Below the pieces are notes generated by a model. It searched no databases. It worked only from the letters and a program-made list of their open reading frames with translations, and was not told where the DNA came from. Source: Octopus vulgaris (lineage: Eukaryota). Taken from it: a stretch of DNA of 64,000 nucleotides. Positions 24,851-39,309 of this stretch are shown here, piece by piece. Position numbers and translations under genes: made by a program. The stretch's first letter is position 1; every line of letters starts with the position of its first letter. The stretch lies in the NCBI GenBank assembly GCA_951406725.2, contig OX597826.1, positions 24,118,001 to 24,182,000 of the forward strand, in the 5' to 3' direction.

Positions 24851-27800
24851 TACTTGTAACTAGGGCTGAAACATATAAAAGAAATATATTGTCTCCTATC
24901 AGTGTTGGTGTGTTTACATCTCTGTAACTTAGTGGTTTGGCAAAAAGATACTGACAAAATAAGTACTAAGCTCTACAAAAAATAAGTTAATAACTTTTAA
25001 AAGCCAGTTCAGTTTTATTTAACCTTTTCGTTACCGTATTTCTGTTGAATTATGTTCTGCCATTAATTTTAATTCAAAATGAATTGTTTGTTTTTAGAAC
25101 GACAGTGTTGAGGATGTGTGAGAGACTAGATCTGGGCAGTTTGAACAACAATTCTTTGTTGTTATAATCAAAATGATTATAACAACAAAGAATTTAGTAA
25201 AATAACTTTGTCGTTATTAAATTAGTAGCAAAGGTGCATGGTCTACTGGTAAAGGTGTTGCAATCACAATCACAAGGTTGTGGTTTCAATTCCTGGACTA
25301 GGTAGTGCATTGAATTACTGAGCAAAATACTTCATTTCCTATTGCTTCAGTGCACTCAGCTGTAAATGAGGAACCATGTGACAGACTGGCATCTCATGCA
25401 GAGGGAAATGTTTTTGGTCACTTATGCTCCATCTGACTGACCTTGTGAGTTCTAAGGTTCAAGATAGTAATGACCATTTGGAACGTAAAATGAACTTTTG
25501 GAGAAAAGTTTTAATTTAACCTTCAGCATTCAAACTGGTCATATCCAGCCAAAATATTCTACTTGGTTTATGTTCAAACTGCCCAGATCTAGTCTCTCAC
25601 ACTTCCTCAACACTGTCGTTCTAAAAACAAACAATCACATCATTGATAACTCAAGGCTATGAGATTAAGCATGGTTAATTACTAACAATATCAATAAATA
25701 AGCATTGCATCTGATACAGTAATCTGAATGCTAAAGGGTTAAACCAGCCATATCTGGCCAAAATATCCTAAAATATCATTCTAAAAATAAAACTATCATA
25801 TCATTGAAAGCTCAAGGCTATAAGATAATGCAAAATTAATTGAAAACTGTAAATAAATAAGTGTTATATTTGATAATGTAATCTGAATGTTAAAGGGTTC
25901 AATCATTTTATGACATGAAGTTTGTATCATAGAACCAAGGGCTATCCTCAACCCCTTTTCCCCAAGGTGTCTATCCCCTATCCTCATGAACAACTAAAGT
26001 AGATGTGATCCACAGTTCACTCCATCATTTAACCTGCATTTCCAGCTGTTTCCATCCTATTTCATTTTCACAGTGTAGGCAAAACAACACTGTCCTTCTT
26101 TGTTTTTACAACAGAAGAGTGTGACTTGAGAAAAATTCGGTTGCTGTTTCTTTCAGGTTGAAGTAACTATGTAGAAATTGCCTCATTGGCAGTCTACCCA
26201 ATTCATCCTCCCACATGTTCAGATACAGTGTATCTAGGCCTACATTATCCAATGTGTCTTTATTTATTTATTTTTTTGAAGACAGATTTGATTGCTATAT
26301 TTAGCAGATCATGCAACCATGTCAAAACTCCTTCATTGGGTCACATAAAAACCCCGATTGTTGTGATGATTGTGGTGGTCTTGATATTGGTGATGGTGTA
26401 GTGGTGGTGGTGGTGGTGACAATAGTGAGGTTGCTTCTGCTGCTGGTTACTGCAATTAATGCAGTGAATTAACGAGGAAAGCTACCAAACTTTGGAAAGT
26501 TTTAATTATTTTTATTTATTATTTTAAAGTAAATGTTTTTTACTGTTCCATTCATTACAACCATATAATTTATGTAGCGTTTTTTTTTTTTTGTTGTTTT
26601 TATTCTTTCTTTCTTCTCTTAGTTTATGTCAAATTCAATCTTTGCACTCTAAACCACTTAACGGCTTTATTAATTACTTATCTGATTCAGTACAGCTGAC
26701 ATCCACAACTTTCCACCCCTTACACTCCACCACCACCACCATCATCATCTCTTTTTGGCTCCTTTCCTCCTCTTCCTCTCTTTGCATATGTTGAGCCAAA
26801 AAAATGGTCTTGGTATGCAAGCAGACAAGCTTGTCTAGTACCTTGTCCAAAGAGCAAACAACATAATAACAAATGCAAAAGAACAGCAGTTTTGTGTGCA
26901 GAGTAGATACCGTGTCCAAAGACATCTGTAACTAAAATACAAGACAGAACTATTGTGTTCCTGTTTGCATTGGAGGTCAACATCTGAGCCATTCAGGTTA
27001 ATTGTATCTCATCCTAATTTAGCTATCTTTATCATTGTCACATCACCAAATGCTTAGTTTTCAGATTCTTACTTGTCCTACATTCCTAAAAAATGAATTG
27101 CTTGTTGTTCTTTAACTCTAAAATTCCTTTCATGCTTTCTCTGTAAATCTTCCATCTTTGTAGAAACGACAGATTTTATTTTTATGAAAATGTTGTTCCA
27201 TATAAAATTTTAAAAATACAATTATTGCATGAATTTCAATGAAATTTGATGATAAAATATAATGAATATTTATGTCCATTGTCTATGTGGTTTTTTAGGT
27301 TAATGATTCATACCTGTTGTCATGTCACTATCACCTGCCCAGGTAGGTTAAATACAGGCAGGTTGATTACAGTTTGGTGTTTTCACATACAAGATTTTGA
27401 TTCCCAGGTATCAATTCTCTGTCTCAGAACCGAATTCCTGCTCCCATGTGTAACTTGGGAAGTTGCACAGCTCAAATCAGAATAACTATTCTGAGGTATG
27501 CCTTCTTCTTGTCTGTTGATGTCATGAGGTTGGTTTAGGTTATTATGATCAACATGCTTTATGATCTCATTACTTTCTGTTCTCATCACTTTGTGTCATG
27601 AATACTTCTTCAGGAATCCTCATCATTATTTAACATCCAGTTTTCCATGCTTGCATGGAGAAGAGAGAATTTGCTGAGGCAAATTTTTTTTATGACCAGA
27701 TGCTCTTCCTATCACCAACCTTCACCTGTTTCCAAGCAAAGTAGCATTTCCCCATGGCCAGACATGTGGTTTACAGAAGACTGGAGACTAACAACCTCAC

Positions 27801-28077
27801 TTTTTAACAATGATACTCATTTATATTTATCATGTGATTCCTAGACAAGGGTACACATAAATATACACAGACACATATACATATATGTATTAAGCTTCTT
27901 TCAGTTTCTGTCTACCAAATTCACTCATGAGGCTTTGATCAGTACACGGCTACAGTAGAAGACACTTGCCCAAGCAGTTATGCAGTGGGACTGACCCTTT
28001 GAGACCATATGGTTGGGAAGCAAGCTTCTTAACCATACAACAATGTCTGTTGAAGAAAATACTTAACAGACATTGCT

Positions 28078-28295
28078 TTAACCCTTTAGGGTTTAGATTA
28101 CTCTGTCAAATGTAATGCATATTTATTCACATTGTTTTGAATTAATTGTGCCTTATGTCATAGCTTCAAGATTTTGATGATGTGATTGGTTATCTTTAGA
28201 ATGACATTGTAGGATAGGTGTGAGAGGCTGAATCTCACAACTTTGAACATAAAACAAATGGCCAGATATGGCCGGTTTAAACACTAAAGGGTTAA
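28078..28295 (+). mobile_element. piggyBac-like MITE
   Basis: ttaa-CCCTTTAG...CTAAAGGG-ttaa termini. Copies at ~3038-3236, 21610-21825, 25516-25900, 28647-29264 (SINE-interrupted), 36220-36440 and 47645-47853. Confidence 0.7.
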
Positions 28296-28395
28296 TCATA
28301 TTAACCAATCATCCTCAAATTGGTACTGCTGTTTTGGAAATCTTTTGTTTTGTTTTTTAGACTAATTAGTAACAGAAATATTTGTTTTTCTCATA

Positions 28396-28580
28396 TACGA
28401 TGAGCTACTGAAAAGTTCCTGGCTTTGGTTAAATAAAATACAAGGAGGATCAGTTAATTATGATTTTATTCAATTCACACACTTATTGCAATGGTCTTTC
28501 AGTTTTTCTAAGCCCTGTAAAAGAACTCAGAAGGTTAGATGATACCCTTAAAGCCAGGAACTTTTCAGCATCCCCTTGTA
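28396..28580. mobile_element. mariner-type MITE
   Basis: TA-flanked TIRs ctgaaaagttcctggcttt / aaagccaggaacttttcag; TIR remnant also at ~54885-54913. Confidence 0.7.
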
Positions 28581-28719
28581 TCTTGTTTCTACAGCATTTC
28601 ACATTGAAAGAACAGATTTCTAAAGCATGGTGTAGCATGTACTCATTTAACCTTTTAACACTTAAACAGGCCGTATCTGACCCAAATAAATATTCTGCCT
28701 GCTTTAGTTTTTTTTTTTT

Positions 28720-29095
28720 TTTTACTTCTTTCAGTTATTTGACTGCGGCCATGCTGGAGCACCGCCTTTAGTCGAACAAATCGACCCCAGGACTTACTCT
28801 TTGTAAGCCTAGTACTTATTCTATCATTCTATTTTGCCGAACTGCTAAGTTACAGGGACGTAAACACACCAGCATCGGTTGTCAAACAATATTGGGGGGA
28901 CAAACACATGTATATACATATACATATATATGACGGGCTTCTTTCAGTTTCCGTCTACCAAATCCACTCACAAGGCTTTGGTCGGCCTGAGGCTATGGTA
29001 GAAGACACTTGCCCAAAGTGCCATGCAGTGGGACTGAACCCGGAACCATGTGGTTGGTAAGCAAGCTACTTACCACACAGCCACTCCTGTGCCTA
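28720..29095 (-). mobile_element. SINE family A inside a piggyBac-like MITE
   Basis: Matches the consensus; MITE sequence resumes at ~29100. Confidence 0.8.
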
Positions 29096-30789
29096 GTGTT
29101 CATATTTTGCCAAATCTGGCCTCTCACACCTACCCTACATTGTCCTTCTAAAGCTAAACAATCACATAATTGAAACTCTGGGATAATGGATGATTAATTC
29201 AAAACAATGTGAATAAATAAACATTACATTTTTTTCTGAGTAATCTGAATACTGAAGAGTTAAGAGTTAGTCAAAAACATGAATTCAAGATGTATATCAG
29301 GGATTAGTCATAAATAGATCTCAGATGGAAGATTATCATTCGGGCAGTTAAACTGATCTTCAGCGATGGGAGATTCGTCAATATTTACAGCCCCAAAATT
29401 TGAACAATTATACCAATTAACAACTATTCCTCTCAAACATTCAGACATTAGATGTGTACGAAGTTTTGGTCATAAAGAGATTAGACAAGACATTTATCAA
29501 AAATCAATCATATGTAGACTACAGTTGCCATCAGACGTTTGTAGAAATCATTGTTAGAGATGGCAGCTATAAATTACAGACCTACATGGGTTTTTGTTGT
29601 TGATGTTATTAACCCAACTACTACAGCTATGGTGGAACTTATTATTCTATTATATCTCAACAAAATCCAATCATATTTGTTCTCCAGTTCGTCTAAACCA
29701 TAAGTGACCAAGGCTACTTATATACGACATCACCAGTGGCAAGGACTAGTTTTTACAATATATAGTTAGTTTGCCCTTTACTTATCCAAAGAATTTTCAT
29801 AAGTTTATCCTAAACATCCCTGCTTGTCTTCAAAGTTTTAGTTACAATAAGGCCAACCATGACATTTACATGTGGCCAATGTAGTCACATGTTCCATGCA
29901 AGGATTGGCTTCATTAGTCACATTCACCACCAATATCAATGGCCAAAATATTCATCCAGGAGCAGAAATCAATCCTCACATTCGAGAGACAAGCCAACAA
30001 TTTTCCAGCAGTGAAGTCAAATTTTTCAGACTACAATTTACCAATTTACACCCAAAAGAAGTAGGTTGACTTATGCACCAAGATGTGTTTGGAGGACCAA
30101 GAATTCTTTGTGAAATGCAGCAGGATTTGAATGATACTATTAATGTTTGAATGGTTATGCTACATGTTTACACTATACACTACGTTGACTTGTATGCCAG
30201 AAAATGTGGTAGCCTTTGTTTTCTAAATTCTGAGTAATATAAAGATTTCCTTTCATAAGTCTTGACTGGCTTCTGTGCCGGTGGCACGTAAAAAGCACCA
30301 ACCGATCGTGGATGCTGCAGCCTCCCCTGGCACCTGTGCCAGTGGCATGTAAAAAGTACCCACTACACTCACGGAGTGGTTGGCGTTAGGAAGGGCATCC
30401 AGCTGTAGAAACACTGCCAGGTCAGACTGGAGCCTGGTGCAGCCTCCGGGCTTCCCAGACCCCGGTCGAACTGTCCATCCCATGCTAGCACAGAATATGG
30501 ACGTTAAACGATGATGATGATGATGATGATGATAATGAAGTCCCAAGTTGCTCTGGTTGTTGCAAAAATCTTGGGAGTGTATGGGCACCAGAGAAATATG
30601 TCCTATGTACTACATCTGATACACAGCACAGGCAAAGGGTTAAATTAGCATAAATGGAATAAAGGGAACAAAAAAATGGACAGGTGGACAACATGTGAGG
30701 TTACAAATTTCAAAAAGTGACAAATTTATTGAAAAGTGATAAATTAATTGGAAATTGGAAATCAAAAACAAATAATAAAGATGTGCATA

Positions 30790-31508
30790 GGTGCAGGAGT
30801 GGCTGTGTGGTAAGTAGCTTGCTTCCCAATGACATGGTTCCAGGGTCAGTCCTACTGCGTGGCACCTTGTGCAAGTGTCTTCTATTATAGCCTCGGGCCT
30901 ACCAATGCCTTATGAGTGGATTCGGTAGACGGAAACTGAAAGAAGCCTGTTGTATATACATATGTGTGTATGCATATGTGCTTGTCCCCTCATCTCCACC
31001 ATCACTTGACAACTGATGCTGGTGTGTTTACGCCCCTGTAATTTAGCAGTTTGGCAAGAGAGATTGATAGAATAAGTACTAGGCTTACAAAGAATAAGTC
31101 CTGGGGTTGATTTGTTCAACTAAAGGTGGTGCTCCTGCATGGCTGCAGTCAAATGACTGAAACAAATAAAAGAATAGTGAATTGCATGTTGAGAAAAGAA
31201 AAAGGAGCAGACTGATGCTTTTTCCGAGTGAACCCCTTATCAATGTAGAATAAGAAACAAGAGAAAAGAAATAAGAAAAGAAACAATACTTGTTTGAAGC
31301 ACATTCTCCCTTTTACTTGTTTCAGTCATTTGACTGTGGCCATGCTGGAGTAGCGCCTTTAGTCAAGCGAATTGACTCCAGGACTTATTCTTTGTAAGCC
31401 TAGTACTTATTCTATCAGTCTCTTTGGCTGAACCGCTAATTTACGGGGACGTAAACACACCAGCTTCAGTTGTCAAGTGATGTTGTGGGGGACAAACACA
31501 GACACACA

Positions 31509-31553
<45 letters not shown>

Positions 31554-31715
31554 CGGGCTTCTTTCAGTTTCCGTCTACTGAATCCACTCACAAGGCTTTG
31601 GTCGGCCTGAGGCTATAGTAGAAGACACTTGCCCAAGGTGCCACACAGTGGGGACTGAACCCAGAACGATGTTGTTCGTAAGCAAGCTACTTACCACACA
31701 GCCACTCTTGTGCCT
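30790..31715. mobile_element. Two oppositely oriented SINE family A copies (30790-31175 +, 31310-31715 -)
   Basis: Both match the consensus and are arranged tail to tail. Confidence 0.8.
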
Positions 31716-32022
31716 ATGTGTATCTTTCAGCAGCATGCTGTAGAATGTTAATATTTATCTTTTATAAGGTGGTGAGCTGGCCGAATCATTAGCATGCCGG
31801 ACAAAATGCTTAGCAGTATTCTGTCTGTCTTTATGTTCTACGTTCAAATTCCGCCAAGGTCAACTTTGCCTTTCAACCTTCGGAGTTGATTTCCCCAAAA
31901 ATTTCAGGCCTTGTGCCTAGAGTACAAAAGAATATATATATATCTTTTATCTTGGGTCTTTTACTTGTTTCAGTCATTAGAGTGTGGCCATGCTGGGGCA
32001 CCACCTTGAAGAATCTTTTTAG

Positions 32023-32150
32023 TCAGGAACACTGGGACCAGTGTATTGCTGTGCAAGGTGACTATTTCGAAGGAGATGATGTTAAAACTTAGGTAAATAA
32101 GTTACTTTTTATTAAACATAACTAGCTCAGGAACCTCTTGATGTTGCCTC
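32023..32150 (+). mobile_element. mariner transposase 3' end fragment inside a SINE
   Basis: QEHWDQCIAVQGDYFEGD matches the RWxxCxxxxGxYFE C-terminus of mariner transposases. Confidence 0.7.
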
Positions 32151-32797
32151 ATTTTCTGTAGATCTCTTTTGCTGAACCACTAAGTTAGAGGGACATAAAC
32201 ACACCAACACCTGGTGTCATGTGGTGGTGGAAGACAGACACAAAGACACACACACAGTAGGCTTCTTTCACCAAATCCATTCACAAAGCTTTGATTGGCC
32301 TGAGGCTCCAGTAGAAGACATTTGCCCAAGGTGGCATGTAGTGGGACTGAACCCAGATCCTTGTGGCTGGGAAGCAAGCTTCTTACCACACAGCCAAGAT
32401 AATGATTATGAAAGAAACAAAAGGTGGGTAACATACTTTTAGATGTAATAGAAAGAAGTAGGTCAACAATTTTATTTCTTTATTTGTTTTATGTTTTCGA
32501 ACAGTGGTGGATGGCGGCAGTGATGATGTTCGTTTGACAGGGAGAGAAAAATCTTTCAGAGAGGATGTGGCCAGGTGTGGTTGGTGGCGGTGTTAGTGGT
32601 GGTGGTGAGGAGGGTAAGTGAAGTAGTGTGAGTAGGAGATAGGATTATCCAATAAGGTGTGTGGTGGGAAGGGATTTGGCTAGGTGGTGCATTTCAGCTT
32701 TTTATATAATTTTCTTTACTATTCCATCCTCCTTCCTTACACAGCTTAGTAAAATTACCCTGCTTTTGTATGTGTGTATTATATATGTCCATCTATA

Positions 32798-32837
<40 letters not shown>

Positions 32838-34464
32838 ATGCATCTATATATATGATGTATGTGTCTATATATATTCAGAGTATTTCTGTATTTTTATTTT
32901 GGTTGATAATCTCTCTTCCATCTATTTTCTTCTTCTTCCTCCTTCTCCTATCTTTCTCTTTTTCTTTTTTCCACTTTTACATCATTGTCATCATGTCCCC
33001 TAGTTCCTTTCTACTCCTTGTTTCTTCCCCCCTTGTCAATTTTCATTGTCATTTTGCTATCATTCTCTCCTCCTCCTCCTCCTCCTACTACTAATAATAA
33101 TAACAATGATAATAATAATAACAACATCCCTATTCCTCTTTCTCTTGATGTGTTTTTTTAATTTTTAGTAGCTGAATATATTACATAAAAAAGAAAAAGT
33201 TGCAGATGGTATAACAAAGGTCACTGTTTCATTTCTTACCTTTGGCATGGAGGGAGGTGATAAAAAATAGTTCTTTTCTCTTTTTTTTACCCTCAACCTT
33301 TTACTTCCTGTGAAAAAAAAGATAAATAAAGATAATTAGTAGTAATTAAAATTCTAATAATATTAATTTCTCTTATTGGCCACATGGGCTAAAGAAGACT
33401 TTGGCGGGTATACAAAGGTGAATTACAAGAAGAAACCAGAAACGGTGCAGAATTTTCATTGGGTGTAATAACAGTCATAAAGTCACATTAAAAAATTGAT
33501 TTTAACTGTTTCTGATCTTGACTCAAGGCCCAGTAATTTTGAGGGGAGGGTGTGTAAATTAATAACATTAAATTCAGTGCTTGACTGGTGTTATATTTTA
33601 TCAACTCCAGGGGGCTGAAAGGCAAAGTTGACCGTGGCAAGATTTGAACTCAGGACCTTATTTATCAGAATTTTTTTTTTTAATAAAAAGTCCCAAATGT
33701 TAGAGACATATACTTAAATACACAAATATACATACATGCACAAAACATTATAGACATATACTTACATTACACAAATATGCGTACATATACACACTTAAAT
33801 ATTTACATTCATATACAGAAAATATATAAACAAGTAATTCCGTGGAAAAAAAAACCCACAAATATGCATACATGCATATAAATGCATATATACATATACT
33901 TACATTCACAAGTAAACATACACACACATAAACACATACACAAAAATATATAAATATAAGTCACTATCGTACGTTAAATTCAACTTAAGTTGAAAGACAA
34001 CAAACAAAGTTTGCTTTAGAAGCGTTAAGATGTATTGAAAAGATACAGATAAGGAAATAATTTTATTCTCAAATGCAGGATAATGCTAATAATATAGCAT
34101 GAACCGGATAAAGTATCAATATTTTGAAGAAAAATCTGTCGGCGGCCAGCCAGTATCTTATAAACATAAGTGATTCAGCTGAGAAAAATCTCTTAATTTA
34201 AAAAAAATTATGAAACTTGAACAAACACTTTCACTTCTCATATACTTTCTCCAAAAGATTGCCAATTTTCAATTAGGTAGAGTAATTATTATGAGTCTGT
34301 GAGAACTGTAATTTCAAAAACTGGGTAGAAAATTACTGGACTACACTTCCTTTTGGCCACATGCATGTATGCACACACACACACATACACAACTGGCTGA
34401 AATCAAAATCTTTTCATGAAATTCCTGTAACTTCAATGTGAAAGTGGATTGACCATATTCCTTT

Positions 34465-34835
34465 ATTCTTTTGCTTGTTTCAGTCATTTGACTGGAGCCA
34501 TGCTGGAGCACCACCTTTAGTCGAACAAATCGACCCCAGGACTTATTCTTTGTAAGCCTAGGACTTATTCTATCGAACTCTTTTGCTGAACCGCTAAGTT
34601 ACAGGGATGTAAAAGTACCACCATCGATTGTTCAGCGATGTTGGGGGAGACAAACACACACACACACATGCATGATGGGCTTCTTTCAGTTTCCATCTAC
34701 GAAATCCACTCACAAGGCTTTGGTTGGCCTGATGCTATAGCAGAAGACACTTGTCCAAGGTGTCACACAGTGGGACTGAACCCGGAACCATGTGGTTGGT
34801 AAGCAAGCTACTTACCACACAGCCACTCCTGCACC
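34465..34835 (-). mobile_element. SINE family A copy
   Basis: Matches the family consensus. Confidence 0.8.
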
Positions 34836-35664
34836 TATATATATATACACACACACAATGTGGAGGCACAGTGGCCCGGTGGTTAGGGCAGTGGACTCGC
34901 GGTCAGAGGATCATGGTTTTGATTACCAGACTGGGCGTTGTGTGTGTTTATTGAGCAAAAACACCTAAGAGCTCCACGAGGCTCCGGCAGCAGGTGGTGG
35001 CGACCCCTGTTGTACTCTTTAGCCTCAACTTTTTCTCACTCTTTCTTCCTGTTTCTTGAGTAACGCTGCGATGGACTGGCGTCCTGTCCAGCTGGGGGAA
35101 ACACATATGTCATAGAAACCAAGAAACCAGGCCCATGAGCCTGGCTAGGCTGAAAAAAGGGCACATAAATAAAATAAAAATATACACAATAGGCTTCTTT
35201 CAGTTTCTGCCTACAAAATCCATTCACAAGGCTTTGGTTAGCCCAAGGCTATAGTAGAAAACACTTGCCCAAGGTGCCACGCAGTGGGACTGAACCAAGA
35301 ACCATGTGGTTGGGAAGCAAGCTTCTTACCACACAGTCATGCCTGCACCTATATGTTGAAATACACTGACTTTCAATTAAGTTTAAAAATAATGATGAAT
35401 TTGTTGTAGTGAAAATGGTACACACCTTCCCATGTGACAAAGTGGTATGACAGGCCACTATAAAGTCAGACAGTCAGTCGTAGGGAGTTAGTAGTAGTAG
35501 AGTCGTTGTAGGAGTTCTCAGCTGGAGTCAATGTCAGTTACGTGATACATACAAGTTTGAATTACCATCAAGGTAGACATTTCAAAGTCATCATCTTGTG
35601 GAGCTCTTAGTGATAGCATGATACACGAGTCAAAGATGATAAGACGTGGAATACCGCCACAACA

Positions 35665-36060
35665 TAATCTTTTCTACTCTAGGCACAAGGTACAAAATTT
35701 TGGGGGAGAGGGCCAGTCGATTAGATCGACCCGAGTATGCAACTGGTACTTAATTTATCGACCCCGAAAGGATGAAAGGCGAAGTCGACCTCAGCAAAAT
35801 TTGAACACAGAACATAAAGACAGATGAAATACCTATTTCTTTACTACCTACAAGGGGCTAAACATGGAGGGGACAAACAAGGATAGACAAACGGATTAAG
35901 TTGAGTACATCGACCCCAGTGCGTAACTGGTACTTATTTAATCGACCCCAAAAGGATGAAAGGCAAAGTCGACCTCAGCAGAATTTGAACTCACACCATA
36001 ACGACAGATGAAATACGGCTACGCATTTTGCCCGGCGTGCTAACGCTTCTGCCAGCTCAA
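35665..36060 (-). mobile_element. SINE family C (internally dimeric copy)
   Basis: gagctggcaga...gagttcaaattc head and repeated aggatgaaaggcaaagtcgacctc block. Copies at ~18300, 31765, 33520, 47310, 50275, 51190-51595, 58830 and 59518. Confidence 0.7.
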
Positions 36061-36687
36061 ATAGTGGCAACAAGAATGTTACAGTGTGGACGACAACATA
36101 CAAGTGGACGAGGATCCATATTATAACAGAATTTAGTCAAATAACTTTGTCATTATTAATCTGATGTTTGGGATGTAAATTAATATGAAATTTTGTTGGA
36201 CGGTTTTAATTTAGATTCTTTAACCCTTTGGCATTCAGATTACTCTGTGGACTGTAATACTTATTTATTCACATTGTTTTGAATTTGTCATGCATTATCT
36301 CATAGCTTCAAGATTTCGATGTGATTGTTTATTTTTAGAATGACATAGAATAAGTCTGAGAGGTCAGATATGGCTCGTTTAAATATAAAACAGGTAGAAT
36401 ATTTGAGCCAGGTATGGCTGGTTTCAATGCTAAAGGGTAAAAATTTGAAGTTGATGTCCTGGAACCATGAGCAGTCTTAGGCTGTCTAGTGTCAAAAGGG
36501 TTAATGGAATTTCATGGGAAATGCAGCATTTGAATAGAGTTACTCAACTCTGCTTTTTTTATATTGAGTTCTCTATTGTTTGGTGTTATTAACCACTTTT
36601 AATATATCATCTTCATTTCCCATACAAGCAGGTTTGGATAAGAATTGATTTTCTGACACAATGCACTTCCTTTCTTTTATTGTCAAC

Positions 36688-37090
36688 AAGGCGTAGGAGT
36701 GGCTGTGTGGTAAGTAGCTTGCTTATGAACCACATGGTTCCGGGTTCAGTCCCACTGTGTGGCACCTTGGGCAAGTGTCTTCTACTATAGCCTTGGGTCA
36801 ACCAAAGCCATGTGAGTGGATTTGGTAGACGGAAACTGAAAGAAGCCTGTCGTATAAATGTATATGCATATTTATGTATGTGTGTGTATGTGTTTGTGTG
36901 TCTGTGTTTTCCCCCCCAACATCGTTTGACAACCAATGCTGGTGTGTTTACGTCCCTGTAACTTAGCAGTTCGGCAAAAGAGAATGATAGAATAAGTACT
37001 AGGCTTACAAAGAATAAGTCCTGGGGTCAATTTGCTCGGCTAAAGGCGGTGCTCCAGCATGGCCGCAGTCAAATGACTGAAACAAGTAAA
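36688..37090 (+). mobile_element. SINE family A, full length
   Basis: Matches the family consensus. Confidence 0.85.
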
Positions 37091-37344
37091 TATATTAACC
37101 ATTTCACTCAAATGGAAATGGTTACAAGTGAAATATCAGCATTCACACACATATACATGCACACACACACACTCTCATATGTACACACACACACACGTAA
37201 ACAACAGGCTTCAAATTAGGAAAGGTTACAAGAAACTGTAAAACATTTTAATGTCAGAACAAGTATAAGACACAATGAAAAAGAGCAGAACAGGATGTTC
37301 AATGAGTTCAAAACACACATATTGTAACATTATAGAAACAATGC

Positions 37345-37653
37345 AAAAAAGATTTTGGATAGAAGACAAAACCCAAGAGGGATTTCCTGACAGCTTTGCT
37401 ATAAAGCAAAAACCATTCAATTTTTATTCATATAAACATTGCAAATGAAGCATCTTTATAATTACATCTGTATTTTCAAGCAGTAAGGGATGAGTTTAAA
37501 AATTTTGAAGTCGGAACTTTTTGTTTAATATTGAAGTGTATCATGAAAGTAGATTAAGCAAGAAGAAAATTGCTGAAGAATTTGTGCCATAGTTAGCTAA
37601 GATAATTGAAGAAGGTTCCTGTTCTTCAAAGCAAATATTTGATGCTGATGAAA

Positions 37654-37655
<2 letters not shown>
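37345..37655 (+). pseudogene. Tigger/pogo transposase fragment
   Basis: Hand translation gives IAEEFVP*LAKIIEEGSCSSKQIFDADE (cf. Tigger QIFNxDET), with upstream WIED and ASKGW-like remnants. Confidence 0.65.
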
Positions 37656-37702
<47 letters not shown>

Positions 37703-37806
37703 GATATAGATAGATAGATATGTGTGTGTATGTATATATATAAAGGTGGTGTTCCAGCATGGCTGCAGTCAAATGAATGAAGCAAGTAAAAGAATATATA
37801 TATATA

Positions 37807-38045
37807 ATATCAAATTAGAGACAAAACCACTATTATGCAAATCAAACAAAGAAAGACTTAAGCCAATACATAAAATAATTTATATAAATTATTTTATGTA
37901 TTAACTTAAGTCTTTCTTTGTTTGATTTGCATAATAGTGGTTTTGTCTCTAATTTGATATAATATATTTTACTATAAAATTGGATTCAATCTTAAATCTG
38001 ATTTTTCCTTGTAAATTTGGATTTATTCCCTAATATTTATTATTA
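37807..38045. repeat. Loopless 154-bp palindrome (37807-37960) plus tail, between (TA)n runs
   Basis: 77-bp arms centred on 37883/37884 with 2 mismatches seen. Confidence 0.85.
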
Positions 38046-38072
38046 TATATATATATATATATTATATATATA

Positions 38073-39309
38073 CAGGGGTTGGACAAAATAATGGAAATAC
38101 CTTAAAATTTCAAACAAATTTATTGTAATATGGAGTAGGACTGCTTTTGGCAGTAATTACAGCTTGAATTCTATGAATTATGGACTTGTACAAAGTTTGA
38201 ATTGTCTCCAAAGAAATTTTTGACCATTCTTCAGCTAAAACAGTCTCTAGTTCTTGTAGTGATGATCATGGAGGATATTGACTCCTTACTGGTTTTTCAA
38301 AAATGCACCATAAATGTTCAATAATATTGAGATATGGGGACTGTGGTGGCCAGATAAGATGTTCAACTTCATTAGAATGTTCCTCGTGCCATTCAGTAAC
38401 AACTTTAGCTGTGTGAATTGGTGCATTATCATCCTGAAAGATTGTTTCTTTCTGGAAACAGTTCCACAATCATAGGATGAATTTGATCAGATAAAATGCT
38501 TAAATAGTCTTGACTATTAATTCTGCCATGAAGGGAAACCATTGGGCTGGCAGATTTCCAAGATATATCCCCCCACCCAGATCATCACAGATCCTCCATG
38601 TTTAACAATTGGAAGAAGGCAGTCTGGGTCAAATGCTTCTTTTTAGCTGTCTCTGGACGTATACTCGGCCGGTGGTCAGAAATAAGTCAACGGATGACTC
38701 ATCCAAGAAAATATTCTTCCACTGCTCTAGAGACCAATTCTGTAGGTTTTTACTCTACTTTGAATACTTTGCAATGTTTGTTTTTGAAAGTAGTGGTTTT
38801 CTGACTGCAGCTCTCCTGTGAAATCTGGCTTTGTGCAGCTCCTGGCGAACAGTTTTTGTGGAAACTGGGTTCTTGAGGTGGTCATTAAACTCTGCAGTAA
38901 TTTTGTGATCCTTTCTCACAATTTGCGTAAGAGCCTGATGGTTCTTATCTGAAAGTTTTTGTTTTCTTCTGAAGTTTTGTTTCGATGAGGAGGTTTTTCC
39001 CTCTTTCTTAAAGGCTGTCATTACTTTCGAGGCAGTACTTCTTGATACATCAAACATTTCAGCTGTTTTCATTACACTAGTGCCTGCCATATGAGCACCA
39101 ACAATTTGACCTCTTTGAAAGTTCGATAGATCTGTCATTTTAATAAATTTTAATTACCTTTTATCTGAAAAGAAACAGCAATTTTAGCAAAACATATTAA
39201 GCAACACTAATAGCAAATCAAAAACCATAAAAATAAACAAGCTTTTGGCGGTTTTATAGATATTTCAAAATTATGATGCTAGGTGTTTCCATTATTTGTC
39301 CAACCCCTG
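38073..39309 (-). mobile_element. Full-length decayed Tc1-family DNA transposon
   Basis: ~30-bp TIRs caggggttggacaaaataatggaaatacct with TA on both sides. ORF pieces MTDLSNFQRGQIVGA...RKPLLS and FQDDNAPIHTAK...WPPQSPYLNIIEHLW. Confidence 0.95.

Noticed and set aside
26790-27000. Unique-looking segment with a possible splice donor
   Set aside because: Plus-strand frames checked hit stops and no product is recognisable; an exon cannot be supported without RNA data.
27383-27589. 68-aa protein-like minus-strand ORF
   Set aside because: No acceptor polypyrimidine tract and no recognisable motif.
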